Shown here: positions 22,357 through 35,520 of the stretch, piece after piece
Layout: the number at the start of each line of letters is the position of its first letter
Position numbering within the stretch: the stretch's first letter is position 1
Assembly (NCBI GenBank): GCA_950097015.1
Contig: CATNEN010000039.1
Location: 186,001 to 250,000 of the forward strand
Length of the DNA stretch: 64,000 nt
Direction of reading: 5' to 3'
From: Macrostomum hystrix
Taxonomy: Eukaryota; Animalia; Platyhelminthes
Made by a program: the position numbers and the translations under genes
Notes under the pieces: generated by a model
The model's database searches: none
What the model was told of the DNA's origin: nothing
What the model saw: the letters and a program-made list of their open reading frames with translations, nothing else

Positions 22357-23860
22357 ATGGACAGTCGCCCTGCGAAATTGACCCCACAGAAGCCCAAAGC
22401 CGTCATGGACGAGGGCATTACGGAGCCGGCAGTGTTTGAGTTTCGTGAAGGCTCCACCAGAGACTGCGGCTCCAGTAGCGAGGGCTACGCGACCTCACTC
22501 GGCAGCCTGACGGCCTCCTCGGAGACACTCAGTCTTGCTAGCGATCAACCGGCACTGGGAGATGGTGCGCAGCAAATGGACAGCCTTAGCCTGGCGCTGC
22601 AGGAGCTCCATTACGAGAAGCTGACACCACCGCATCTGCCACCACTAGTCCTTCGATCACAGAAACCCGCAGCGCCCGTCAAGACGCAGCTACAACAGCA
22701 GCGGCGCTCCTCCTCAATGAAGTCACAGAAGACACCACCGGGGACGCCCAATCAGATGAAGAAGGTGGTCCGCTTCGCAGACGCCTTCGGCCTCGACCTG
22801 GCATATGTCAGGCATGTCTTCGACACCGAAAACCCACCCATGATCCCGCCACAGGCCACCCTGGATCTCAAGCTGTCTGACCCAACAGCGGGGTCTGGAC
22901 TTCGGTAAGCTCTTTGTGTTTTTTTACCTTGAGGCTAGCCATCAGTAGATAGCTAAGAAAATATTTCCTGGCTCTGTACACAGGCACATCAGTGGTTGTC
23001 AGATCTGCAGCCATCTGTAGAGGCTAGCTATATTCTTTTATTTCCAATAAAAGTACAAGTCCTAACTAAGCTGGACAACAAGCCCCCAAACTTTCTCTCC
23101 GCGACTGCGCCACAAGCGAATATGGCCTCGTTGTGGACTCGAGCTCAGGGACCTTAGTGCGATAGCCAGACGCCGTATCCACTCTACTAGAAACCCCCTA
23201 GGGCAGCATCTGAATTTGAGTCTAAAGAAAGCTGTAGAAAGTCAGAAAATGTGCAACTTAAGATAAAACTTTATCGTAAGGGTGTAATACTCGCGGTCAC
23301 AGAACTATTTGGAGCGCTGTAGCAGCTACCTACCAGTAAGTAATGAACAGGTCCATGCAGTGAAGGAGTCAATCCTCTGTCCCCGCAGCGATCCTGCCTG
23401 CCCGCAGCCGCCACAGCGGCGACTGTTTGTCAGCCCATGTTTCTCCCAGCCGGGCAGCAGCGCTAGCTTCATGTCTCGGGTGTTGTCTCACCGAGTGCTT
23501 CTGGAGCGGGCTAGTGTCACACAGCCCAGCTGTCGCATTCACGGTCTGGTTCGCGTGGCCAATCTGGGCTTTGAGAAGTCCGTCCTCGCCCGCGCGACCT
23601 TCGATAACTGGCGCAGCTCTATGGACGTGACTGCAGTTTTTGTCGAGGGCTCAAGCACTGGCTCCACGGACCAGTTCGCCTTCTGGCTGCCGCTACCCCC
23701 AGCTTTCACCTTGGGCGACCGTGCCATCCTCTGTGTGCGCTACTGCGTCGGTGGCGAGACCTTCTGGGACAATAACTTCGGCGAGAACTACGCCTTTGAC
23801 TGCTTCGCCGTCAACACCGTTAGCGAGGCCTCCTCACCTGACTGGTCCCGCATCCAATGA
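22357..23860 (+). CDS. PPP1R3: Protein phosphatase 1 glycogen-targeting regulatory subunit (CBM21)
   Basis: RVxF motif KKVVRFADAFGLDL. CBM21 GLVRVANLGFEKSV..TFDNW..TDQFAF..WDNNFGENY. Exons 22357-22904 and 23389-23860 (phase 2). The start codon is uncertain. Confidence 0.92.
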
Positions 23861-25372
23861 CCTGCTGTAGCTCTCCTCCCACACTGTAAAGACTAGTCTT
23901 AAATCGCACCCTCGGCTTATCGGGGGGCACGTCATAGCAGAAAATTTAACAGCAAGCGGCTTGGATTCGGTTTGCCGAAATTAAGCGGGAATGCGATCTG
24001 AACGTCCTTGCATTTTGTTAACCGAAAAAACTATTTTGTTTTAGTGCAAGCTTTTTTGCCCTTGCGTGAGCATTTCTGCTGTTCCAATATCAGCAATTTT
24101 TTCAGTTAGAGTGACTCTATTTCAAGAGTTCAACAGCGACTCATTCAATAAGCTCTTTGCCATAGTGGCCAGCTGCAGCCTCCATACTCGTCTTGCACTG
24201 CCATTCGTCAGTACTTTTCGCATTGGCTAACTAGCTATTGCTTGGTATACTCCAAGGGCCTCTTTTATAAAGCTTGCGTATCCATGAGTTAAAAAAGGGG
24301 TAAAATTTCCATTGCCGAAATAGCAGAAAAGTTTGAACTTATATTTCGAAAGCTTTATTGTAAGAACCCTTAATAAACGACCGGGTCCCTTAGGAAACTC
24401 GGCTTTTCTTTATTTTAAATCATGTTTGTCTTCCTGAACATTTCTTGGCAATCAATTTCCGCGAACGAGATTTTCACCCAAGCTTATGAAATTAAGCTTT
24501 GCTCAGTATACCGATTTTCATGAAACACGTTTAGATATCGAATTTTAGCAGCAGTTTCTAATTTTATATTTTCTGTTGTATTTGCTCATCTCCCTTTAGC
24601 TTCCTTCATTTTCTAGTCTTGCCATTTGTGAGTGCGCTGCGGCCTCGGTTGCCCACGTTTTGTGTGTATCGATGCGGCTTTCCGTCTTTAGCATTATACT
24701 CAACTCGTAACTCTAAATTTACACGCCGAACAGATTTGACGCTACCTCAGTTTTAGGTTTTTGCGACCGTAGATCAATTGCTGTATGGATTCGCCTTTCA
24801 ACTGGCGGATAAAAGCCTGTCTGCTCACAGCTGTAGATGATATCATAATCTGACCAACACAAATATAACATCTGTCAGTACATTGTTGAGTCTGCTGACC
24901 TGCGCTGTACTTTTATCATATCCCAAGCCCCGGCCTTTGTCTTGTTCACTCAAATTAAACTTTGTCTCGCGGAAGTGAAGTTTAACGAGCGAAGTGGGAA
25001 CCGCCTCGTTTCGAATGTCTAGTCACGTAGCATTTTGTGGCTCCTGTCACCATTAAAAAACACATACGTCTGCAACCACATCCAGTCCGCGATACTTCTG
25101 TCTCTTGCATGAATTTCGGCATCTCAGACTGTCACAGACCCAATTACAACGCGCTACTTCAATGACAATCGCCAGCTACCATGTATGCATAACACCTTTC
25201 CAGCTCAAGATTTCCTCCAGCTTCGTGGTAAATCTCAGCTCCATGACAGCTCCAAAAGCAACTACGTACTCACTGTATCATTTCATGAGCAAAATAACAA
25301 TTTTATACCTAAGTAGCGGGGCACACAAAGAACAGGTACTTGAATGACCTGCAAAAAACATAGCTGCCTATA

Positions 25373-25817
25373 TCCTGACACTCACTGACTCTCCTGACAT
25401 TCACTGACTCTCCTGACACTCACTGACTCTCCTGACACTCACTGACTCTCCTGACACTCACTGACTCTCCTGACACTCACTGACTCTCCTGACACTCACT
25501 GACTCTCCTGACACTCAATGACTCTCCTGACACGGACTCTCCTGACACTCACTGACTCTCCTGACACTCACTGACTCTCCTGACACTCACTGACTCTCCT
25601 GACACTCACTGACTCTCCTGACACTCACTGACTCTCCTGACACTCACTGACTCTCCTGACACTCACTGACTCTCCTGACACGGACTCTCCTGACACTCAC
25701 TGACTCTCCTGACAGGGACTCTCCTGACACTCACTGACTCTCCTGACACTCAGTGACTCTCCTGACACGGACTCTCCTGACACTCACTGACTCTCATGAC
25801 ACTCACTGACTCTCCTG
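25373..25817. repeat. 19-bp minisatellite (ACTCACTGACTCTCCTGAC) with 15-bp variants
   Basis: Direct tandem array. Confidence 0.97.
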
Positions 25818-26222
25818 GCAGCCGATAACATGACACACTACCGCGCAGTGTGTTCCAACGAAAAAAATCAAAACTTTTGTTGCCAACTCGAGTTTTATGA
25901 ACTCGAGTTTCTGCAATAAATTATTTAGTTGCATCTGGCTATGGAAGTTCAAGTATCTAAGCTAAAATGCTGACTTTTCGTTTATAGTTAGTTTTACTAG
26001 TTGAATTTAGCAAAGCGATTTACACTTACAACCTTAGTATAATAACTGCTACGAACCATAAAAAACTTACAGTATTAAATTAAGTTAAGCCAAAATAGAA
26101 AACGAGGATTTTGAACGTTTTTAGATGCTTTTTCTGCACTTATTTTTTCCAGCTGTCATAGCTCAGCAGCCCGGCCTAGTCCAAGTCTACGCTTTCCAAA
26201 GCTGTTTCGGAGGCGGAAGCGA

Positions 26223-27029
26223 TCACGCTGACCCAAAGCAGGCCGTCAGCAGGTCTGTCAGCTCACGCCATAACCGCCTGGTGACTCTGTCGCCACCGTC
26301 TGCCTTACCCCCATGACTGGAGTCATTTGCTTCGTCCTTGTCACCTCCTCCGCAAGCATCTGGTAAACTGCAGAAGGCTTCCACTGTCACAGCATCAGAA
26401 GGCTCAGCATTTTCTGCTCTGCCTCTGGGCTTTTCAGTCGTGCAGCGATCAACAGCGCTCAGTGTTTCAGAGAAGGTCATTTTGTCTATGGCAGTGTATG
26501 GAGGTCGCAGCGCGGTGGCTAGGTCGGTTCTTGCCGACTGCCGATCCGAGGGCGCTAAGTCATCCGAGGCAGTTACAGAGGCGAAGCTGGTGGACTCCAC
26601 AGATCGGCTGTCGCTGCTTCGGATGGTGATGCAGATGCTGTGTCTTTTGGCTCCATTCTGGCTAGCAGACATAACCAGAGCTGATGAAACAATGGACCGC
26701 ATAATGGACGAGGCCAGCGCGGTCATTTCGGCCTCCGCTCGAGGGAGGCTGGCCTGAGAAGAGGCCGTTAAGTATCCGCTACTGTGGCTGCTGACTTTGG
26801 TTGAGGCGGTGTTGGCTGCATATCCATACGGTAAATGGGTCCGATTCGACTTTTGCGGACGCCCCGCCCTATGCTGGTGGTACTGCTGCCTCCGCAACAA
26901 CAGGCGGGACTGTTGGCTGTTGTAGCGGAAAGCACCGACCAACTTCGAGGTAGGTGCAAACTTTGATTTCTCAGATTGCTTCTCGCACCTATGGTGCCGA
27001 GCTTCGGCTGCTTTGGGTAATGTTGGCAT
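26223..27029 (-). CDS. Hypothetical Ser/Ala-rich protein or exon
   Basis: 268-codon GC-rich ORF starting at ATG. No recognisable domain. Confidence 0.4.
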   Translation of the reverse strand: MPTLPKAAEARHHRCEKQSEKSKFAPTSKLVGAFRYNSQQSRLLLRRQQYHQHRAGRPQKSNRTHLPYGYAANTASTKVSSHSSGYLTASSQASLPRAEAEMTALASSIMRSIVSSALVMSASQNGAKRHSICITIRSSDSRSVESTSFASVTASDDLAPSDRQSARTDLATALRPPYTAIDKMTFSETLSAVDRCTTEKPRGRAENAEPSDAVTVEAFCSLPDACGGGDKDEANDSSHGGKADGGDRVTRRLWRELTDLLTACFGSA

Positions 27030-27190
27030 TCCTCTGCTGTGTAAATGCTTCGGTTAACTGAAAGTATGCAGACCTTCCAATTAGTAGTAAGATCTGACTT
27101 GGCTCATATTCTCTTATTCTTGAAGTCCGAGCCATAGACATCAGGACGAGAAGAATAGTACGCTCGTAGCAGGAATTGCTTGTTTATTTA

Positions 27191-27268
27191 CACTCAGCAA
27201 AATTGAAAAGTTTCCACCCTCGCGTTTCCACCCACCAAAACGTGGAAAATTTTCAATGTTGCTAAGTG
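27191..27268. mobile_element. Tiny inverted-repeat element (CACT...AGTG, TA-flanked)
   Basis: CACTCAGCAAAATTGAAAAGTTTCCAC ... GTGGAAAATTTTCAATGTTGCTAAGTG. Confidence 0.55.
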
Positions 27269-28775
27269 TATCTACAATATCCATATGTAGATAAGACTGC
27301 ATATTATTTTACGAATTGATGCAAAACTGAGGCAAAATGCTTTTAAGATTGACGACAGACAAAATTCGCTGACGGGTAGACAAATTGCCGCGTGTACTGT
27401 CAGCAGTTCGCATACGTTTGCTGCTCGATGCTCGATGCTAAGAGCTCACCTGCGCTGCATTTCGCTCTTTGAAGGCATTCCTGCCCTAAAAGCCCACCAG
27501 TTCGCGGGCCCATGCACCAGCCCCCGGAAACCGGTACATAAAATCCGGTGCCCCGGACTCTGCCTTTGTTTGCGTCAAGCTCTGGATTGTGCCTTGTTAC
27601 GCTGAAAAAATCCTGAAAGCATACTTCATTCTATTTGGATTGATATAAGACAGTGTAAAGTTCTTCTCCAGGGTTTAGCGGAATGGGCCGCATCTTCCAG
27701 CTGCGTTCCTCCCGGGACCGCCCGGGAGTTGCAAAGTCAACTAAGTCAAGAGCAAATATCATCCTTTATACATATAGAGCAGTCAGACAGTACTTTTTAA
27801 TCTGTTCACCTGAAATAAAGCAATTTTACCAGGCGCGCTTATTACTTGTAATTAACGAGCCTTCGAGAGTTTGAACCTTGATTCTCTCGAAGCTTACCTT
27901 GATCGAGATAGACTCAGCAAAGCAGCTGCGCGAGTGTGTTTCGAATGCAAACTGCTAACTAAAATTCGCGTACTAAAAATCGCCTCTGCCCCAGCCTACC
28001 TTTGGCATGTTTATCTGCACCTGCATCCAACATACGTGTTCATTTATAAGAAGCAGAACAATATTTTCTCGAAACCGAATTGCATGGATTGAAGAGCAAA
28101 ATATAATTAACCTTAGAAGCAACACTGGGTTTCGAATTTACAAAAAAAATCTGAATTGCAGATAAAAATTGTACAAGACACCAAAAATCTTTTTCATGAT
28201 TCTGGATATGAATCTTATACAGTAAAACCTCATGCATTCACGAGTGCCTACTTTATGTCAATTGTAAATTTTATAACAGCTATTGTCGACTCCAGATAGC
28301 TTGAATCTGATTTGATTAGTAAGAGTACATCTGCTTCTGTCTCTCCATGCAGTCAGCCCAAGCAGCACTCCTCAGACTTTGCTTGAAGCAAATATCTGAG
28401 CTGAAATGGCGAGAAACAAGGGTAGAAAACTTTGACTTCAGTGAAAGGGATCGAAATGAACGTTTGGGGAAAACCAACGAAAACCAAATCTAAAGATCAA
28501 TTCAGATCAAATTTTTATTTCGTATGTTGCAAGGGTTTTATGTACAGTTTTACAGCTTGGGCTACAGACTACAGACTACAGCTGATTAGGCCATGGACTG
28601 GGCAGTCGTCATAACCATTCCAATTTCGCTAATTCCTAAAGGAATATTTTTTAAACCGAACACCATCATGACGATTCGCTCAAATCATGCTCACTGTAGC
28701 AGTTGGCAGCTACAACACAGTTGCAATAAAATCCTGCAGGAGACAAGCGCTTGGCGCCCACCAGGCAGTCGGCAA

Positions 28776-31700
28776 TCATTTAGCCTTTCCCTGGCAGAAA
28801 CCTAGCTGGCAAGCTTGGCAGCCGGTCTTGTCGTGCTGCTGGCTGGGGTTTCCAGCCCTACGCCACATCTGCACGTGCTTGCTGCCGATGCTCACCCGAT
28901 AGAGCGTCTGGCCGATGCGCCAAAATACATTGTACAGCACCTGCGGGCGACCACAGGATTGAAAAGCAGCACTTTGTGTAGTTCTCACAATTTCAAATTC
29001 CTAATGTTAATTATTTAAATACTGTTTATCAAATCAGTAAATCAAATCGGTAGATGTCATCAGCAGAATTTTTTGCTTTTTAATCGGATTCGGACACTCA
29101 TGTGCGACTGAAATTAATTATGGGATGATTTTGTTTCATGCAGACGCCGAAAAGTCGACTCATAGGCCTACGGCGCACCTTTTCGATCTCCTCTGGGTAC
29201 CACTGTGGCTCTTCGAAGACCGTGAGGTCGCCCTGGTGGTGACCACGGCTCTCGTGGCACTGCTGCTTAAACAGTTTGAAGCAGAGGTTATAGCCGGGGT
29301 GGAGCAGCACCTCGCTGCTCTGCGGATCCACCAGAGGCACCGGGCTTTCCACGCGGAACAGATGGAACACGATTCGGCCCTTCATGGATGTCCACTCCTT
29401 TGGGCATTGCTGAAGAAGGTTGCATGGTTAAGAAGTATTTCTAGTCATTGCAAAAAGAAAAAAACTAAATATACCTGTGTTTCATTGGTATACCACAACC
29501 TAAATGCCGATTAGCTTACTTTTGCTTACTGAACAAATCAAGGTTTTAACCGCTCCAGCATCTGCAGCAGCTCAACAAGCCGTCGAAACATAACGTACTT
29601 TTGTGTTGGAATCTTTCTCAAAGCAGTCATAAAATTGCAAGCAAAGCAGGTTGAATACAAAATTATTTGAGCAACTCTACCACTCAATCAATTTGGATGA
29701 TTTCGATTTACCGAGCAACGAAATCGAACCTTCGCACCGTCATAAAAGGAGTAGCCCAGCATGGACATCTGCAGTAGCACGGATTGCGGTATGAGCAGCG
29801 CAGTGCCTGGCAGCAGCTGTGGCAGCAGCACCTGCTGCGTGAGCGGTGCCGACGAGCCCCACATACTTCCGTACTCGCCCAATGGGGGTAAGCCGCCCGT
29901 GAGCAGGCGGATCCGCCCCTCTGTCGCGTCGTCCAGTCGACTGAGCCCTGCATTCGACTCCAGCCATACCGCTCCTTCCATCGCGTAGTCTGCTGAGGTT
30001 TGGAGCACTGAAGAGAGCTGGCGGCGCAAGAGCTCGAACTGGCCGTCCCAGATGTTGCGGATCTCTCGGCTGGCATGACAAGATGTGGGGAGTAGCCATT
30101 AGTGGGGCGGGGGCATTAGAGGAGCATGATTACTGGTAAGGGATGATTAAGATTTCGTTGTCAACTCTGACCATGTCGCTGTTTTGTTTATTGTTTGTTT
30201 CCAAAAGCTTCGGGTACATTAATCTGTAAATTTACATTAATATTACAAATATGTGTTGTTTAGCAAAATAATTTTAAAACTTAATTAGTCATTAAAATGC
30301 TTCAAATACCTTCACATGCTACTTCGAGTAATAATATAAATTTTATTATTCGACGAGTATTTCATAGTAAGATACTCGTTTTTGCTGGACTGCAGACGGT
30401 TACTTCAATGAGCTTTATTGAGGCTCATTGAGGCCTATAAGTTAGAAGGATATCATAGGAGTATCATACGTGACAATGTATTTAGACCTACGTTTTAAAA
30501 AACTATATGGCTTGCATTTTCATATTTTCATACTGTAATACGAGAGTAAAAAACTTAAATGCCAGCGACTGGAGACAGAACTAAAGCAGGATTGTGGTTT
30601 TGTCAACTTCTTTACAGGCATGCGGTTTTACTTCTGACTTATTCATTTCCTGAGGTGTGCCACGAGGCCGTCCTTCAGCAGCCCCGGTACAACCAAGTCA
30701 TTGCTAATCGTACGTAGTCATACGATTACCCAGTTAAGCGAATCTTCAACCTGAGTATTGTGATGACAACAGATACCCGAAACATTTTGACTATGGTCAC
30801 GCGTCTAATGGACTTTCGCTTATCCCCAACAGACCAAGAAATAACTTTGAATGGTCGGTTGTACTCATGCTTCTTGTGTCTCAAAATTTTACAATAGCTC
30901 TTTTTACTTGATAAGCCCGCACATCGCGCCAAAATACGAGCGTACTATACATTCCTTTTCCTCTTTCCGATATAGAGTTTATTAGGCCTTTACTTCTCAG
31001 AGATAGAATATAAAAACTAAAAATTAAAAGAATCAAAGCTTGTCTATTATGTGTTGCGTAGTTAAAAAACACCACTAATCCTAATCCTGCTTGAGTGATG
31101 TAACTTAGACAAGCTCCATCACATCCTCGCCATGTGAATTATATCAGATGCAGCTGCTGAGTAGTGAATTATATCAGATGCAGCTGCTGAGTAGTGAATT
31201 ATATCAGATGCAGCTGCTGAGTAGTGAATTATATCAGATGCAGCTGCTGAGTAGTGAATTATATCAGATGCAGCTGCTGAGTAGTGAATTATATCAGATG
31301 CAGCTGCTGAGTAGTGAATTATATCAGATGCAGCTGCTGAGTAGTGAATTATATCAGATGCAGCTGCTGAGTAGTGAATTATATCAGATGCAGCTGCTGA
31401 GTAGTGAATTATATCAGATGCAGCTGCTGAGTAGTGAATTATATCAGATGCAGCTGCTGAGTAGTGAATTATATCAGATGCAGCTGCTGAGTAGTGAATT
31501 ATATCAGATGCAGCTGCTGAGTAGTGAATTATATCAGATGCAGCTGCTGAGTAGTGAATTATATCAGATGCAGCTGCTGAGTAGTGAATGATATCGTCAC
31601 GTCAGCGAATAGATGAGACCAGAATAAGGTAATTTTGAACCGGTAACCTGTTTAAAACCCACCTGATACCTGTCTAATACACTGAAAGAGCTAGGCCATA

Positions 31701-32720
31701 AAAGCTAGTGCTGCTTTTTGTATCTAGGTCGTCGCTTCATTTCTCTGTCCGAGACCCTAGAGAATCGACATTCGGGTTGCCGGAATATCGAAAACTGGGT
31801 CAAATTGTTCATTTCTAGAAAACCAGTCTGTCCTTCAATGAGGCTAGAGTTGGAGGCGGTAGTGTCTGCCAGGGGCGTGCTGAGACCCCGAACTGGACAG
31901 GCTGAGCCAGCCTTACTAAAGTGTCTCCATGGGAGATGAGGTACTTTTTCAGCCTCCCAACCTTTTATGAAACTCTGTCCGTGAGTCATTACGCTTTGCA
32001 AGCACCGACGGGAACTAAAGCTTCAGGCCGTAGTCATATGTAGCGTTTCCCTCTCGAAAAATGCTCCCTCTTGATCTTTAGCTTCAGCTTTCTCTGTGCG
32101 GAGAAATTTATTTTTCAGTTCGACGCGAAAGCAAGTACCATGCATATGTTCTAAATAGACTGGACCATTGGGCTGATATACTTATCCCAAAGTATACACA
32201 CAAGTGCATGGCTGAGACATTCTTTAAAGCTATAGAGCATTTCATTTTCTCGGCTCTCTTTTAGTTTAAAAATTACTTTCATTTAATTTTGACTATTCAT
32301 CTGTTTATATCTCAACTGACTCGGATTGGGAGAAGTCAAAAGTTGATTTCATAAGATGTTAAATTTTAAATCATAAATTTAACATCTATGATCGTTGGAT
32401 TTAATCTACAAATGCTGCTAACATGGCATCACTCAGAGGCTTGACTGCGGCAATGTAACCAGTTGAAAGAATTTTTATGTAACGAGAAGCTAGCAAAGAC
32501 ATTGGACTCACTCTGTGTAGAATCCTACCGGAAGGCTGCCGCCCCCTACGCCTGCACTGTCACCGCTGCTGACGTAATAGCCACTGCTGTAGCCTTCCAC
32601 CTGAAAGGTCTCTGCCGGAATGATGGGCTGCATCTGTACCTGCTGCTGCTGCCGATGATTATAATATTGATGGTGATGGTGATCATGATGATGCTCGCAA
32701 TCATTCCAGGGCTGCATCAT
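28776..32720 (-). CDS. 3CxxC-type zinc-finger protein (receptor-transporting protein-like)
   Basis: Exons 32720-32512, 30069-29712, 29409-29179, 28940-28776 splice in frame to give DGAKVRFRCS|QCPKEWTSMKGRIVFH..LFKQQC..EEPQWYPEEIEK|VLYNV..GNPSQQHDKTGCQACQLGFC*. Confidence 0.85.
31135..31588. repeat. Perfect 30-bp minisatellite, about 15 units (intronic)
   Basis: Unit GTGAATTATATCAGATGCAGCTGCTGAGTA. Confidence 0.98.
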
Positions 32721-33230
32721 GCTGAGTGCTCGAGGTGCGGGAGGCTGCTTCTGTTCCTGCTGCTGCTGGTGGTGCTGCTGCTACTACTACTACTTGTCTT
32801 GAACTGTGGAAGAAAATCAAGAAACTGAAGTTTTGATCTCTGAAAATTCATGAAATAAATATAGCGACTGGGAAATAAATGAGAAAGGACCCAGCACCCA
32901 GGGCTGGGACAAAAATCCGCTGTTTCGCTTGACTCCAACTCTCAGACGCTCGCCAAAGCTAAAGCCTTGCTGCAGTCTCGACTGTAAAGCTGCTAGGCCA
33001 ATGCTATAATCCTCGGGCTCCTAGAATCTGCGCAGCATCACAGCATCGCATTTAAATCGGACAGAGCGGGGCTTCAGGGGTTGGTGGTGTAGGAAGGACG
33101 CTAAGACCTGCGTCCATAAATCCACTGCGCAGTCTTCGTCTTCGCTTGTACGGAATAGCAGAGAGCTGCGGCGGGCCTTTTTTACAGATGCTAGGGCTGA
33201 TTTTTTGCAGAAATATTAGACATGTATGAA

Positions 33231-35520
33231 GAGCACAGATGCACTTCATATGGAGCACATGTGGAGAGCACAGATGTCAATGAAGCACATGTTGAGAGCA
33301 CAGATGTCAATGGAGCTTATGTTGAGAGCACAGATGTCAATGGAGCAACCTGAGAATTGCACAGATGTCAATGGAGCAACCTGAGAATTGCACAGATGTC
33401 AATGGAGCAACCTGAGAATTGCACAGATGTCAATGGAGCAACCTGAGAATTGCACAGATGTCAATGAAGCACATGTTGAGAGCACAGATGTCAATGGAGC
33501 TTATGTTGAGAGCACAGATGTCAATGGAGCAACCTGAGAAGAGCACAGATGTCAATGGAACACCTGAGGAGAGCACATATGTCAATGAAGCAACCTGAGA
33601 AGAGCACAGATGTCAATGGAGCACATGTTGAGAGCACAGATGTCAATGGAGCACATGTTGAGAGCACAGATGTTAATGGAGCACATGTTGAGAGCACAGA
33701 TGTCAATGGAACACCTGAGAATTGCACTGATGTCAATGAAGCAACCTGAGAAGAGCACAGATGTCAATGGAACACCTGAGGAGAGCACAGATGTCAATGA
33801 AGCAACCTGAGAAGAGCACAGATGTTAATGGAGCACATGTTGAGAGCACAGATGTCAATGGAACACCTGAGAAGAGCACAGATGTCAATGAAGCAACCTG
33901 AGAAGAGCACAGATGTCAATGGAACACCTGAGGAGAGCACAGATGTCAATGAAGCACATGTTGAGAGCACAGATGTCGATGGAACACCTGAGGAGAGCAC
34001 AGATGTCAATGAAGCACATGTTGAGAGCACAGATGTCAATGGAGCACATGTTGAGAGCACAGATGTCAATGAAGCACATGTTGAGAGCACAGATGTCAAT
34101 GGAACACCTGAGGAGAGCACAGATGTCAGTGAAGCACATGTTGAGAGCACAGATGTCAATGGAGCACATGTTGAGAGCACAGATGTCAATGGAACACCTG
34201 AGAAGAGCACAGATGTCAATGAAGCAACCTGAGAAGAGCACAGATGTCAATGGAACACCTGAGAAGAGCACAGATGTCAATGAAGCAACCTGAGAAGAGC
34301 ACAGATGTCAATGAAGCAACCTGAGAAGAGCACAGATGTCAATGAAGCAACCTGAGAAGAGCACAGATGTCAATGAAGCAACCTGAGAAGAGCACAGATG
34401 TCAATGGAACACCTGAGGAGAGCACAGATGTCAATGAAGCACATGTTGAGAGCACAGATGTCAATGAAGCACATGTTGAGAGCACAGATGTCAATGGAAC
34501 ACCTGAGGAGAGCACAGATGTCAATGAAGCACATGTTGAGAGCACAGATGTCAATGGAGCACATGTTGAGAGCACAGATGTCAATGGAACACCTGAGAAG
34601 AGCACAGATGTCAATGAAGCACATGTTGAGAGCACAGATGTCAATGGAGCACATGTTGAGAGCACAGATGTCAATGGAACACCTGAGGAGAGCACAGATG
34701 TCAATGAAGCACATGTTGAGAGCACAGATGTCAATGGAGCTTATGTTGAGAGCACAGATGTCAATGGAGCTTATGTTGAGAGCACAGATGTCAATGAAGC
34801 AACCTGAGGAGAGCGCAGATGTCAATGAAGCACATGTTGAGAGCACGATGTCAATGGAACACCTGAGGAGAGCACAGATGTCAATGGAGCACATGTTGAG
34901 AGCACGATGTCAATGGAACACCTGAGGAGAGCACAGATGTCAATGGAGCAACCTGAGGAGAGCGCAGATGTCAATGGAGCAACCTGAGGAGAGCGCAGAT
35001 GTCAATGGAGCAACCTGAGGAGAGCGCAGATGTCAATGGAGCAACCTGAGGAGAGCGCAGATGTCAATGGAGCAACCTGAGAATTGCACAGATGTCAATG
35101 GAGCAACCTGAGAATTGCACAGATGTCAATGAAGCACATGTTGAGAGCACAGATGTCAATGGAGCTTATGTTGAGAGCACAGATGTCAATGGAGCAACCT
35201 GAGAAGAGCACAGATGTCAATGGAACACCTGAGGAGAGCACAGATGTCAATGAAGCAACCTGAGAAGAGCACAGATGTCAATGGAGCACATGTTGAGAGC
35301 ACTGATGTCAATGGAGCAACCTGAGGAGAGCACAGATGTCAATGTAGCAACCTGAGGAGAGCGCAGATGTCAATGAAGCAACGTGAGGAGAGCACAGATG
35401 TCAATGAAGCACCTGAGGAGAGCACAGATGTCAATGGAGCAACCTAAGCAGAGCACAAATGTCAATGAAGCACCTGAGGATAGCAGAGATGTCAATGGAG
35501 CAAGAGATACAGATATTAAT
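33231..35520. repeat. 30/31-bp variant minisatellite, about 75 units
   Basis: Core GAGCACAGATGTCAATG with alternating ends such as GAGCACATGTTGA, GAACACCTGAGGA and AAGCAACCTGAGAA. Confidence 0.98.

Noticed and set aside
28687-29514. Plus-strand ORFs 28815-29018 and 29125-29514
   Set aside because: Antisense shadows of the 3CxxC gene exons.
31135-35520. CRISPR-like arrays or repeat-protein ORFs (MQLLSSELYQ, STDVN)
   Set aside because: Head-to-tail minisatellites without unique spacers. No cas genes, eukaryotic context. The ORFs arise from periodicity.
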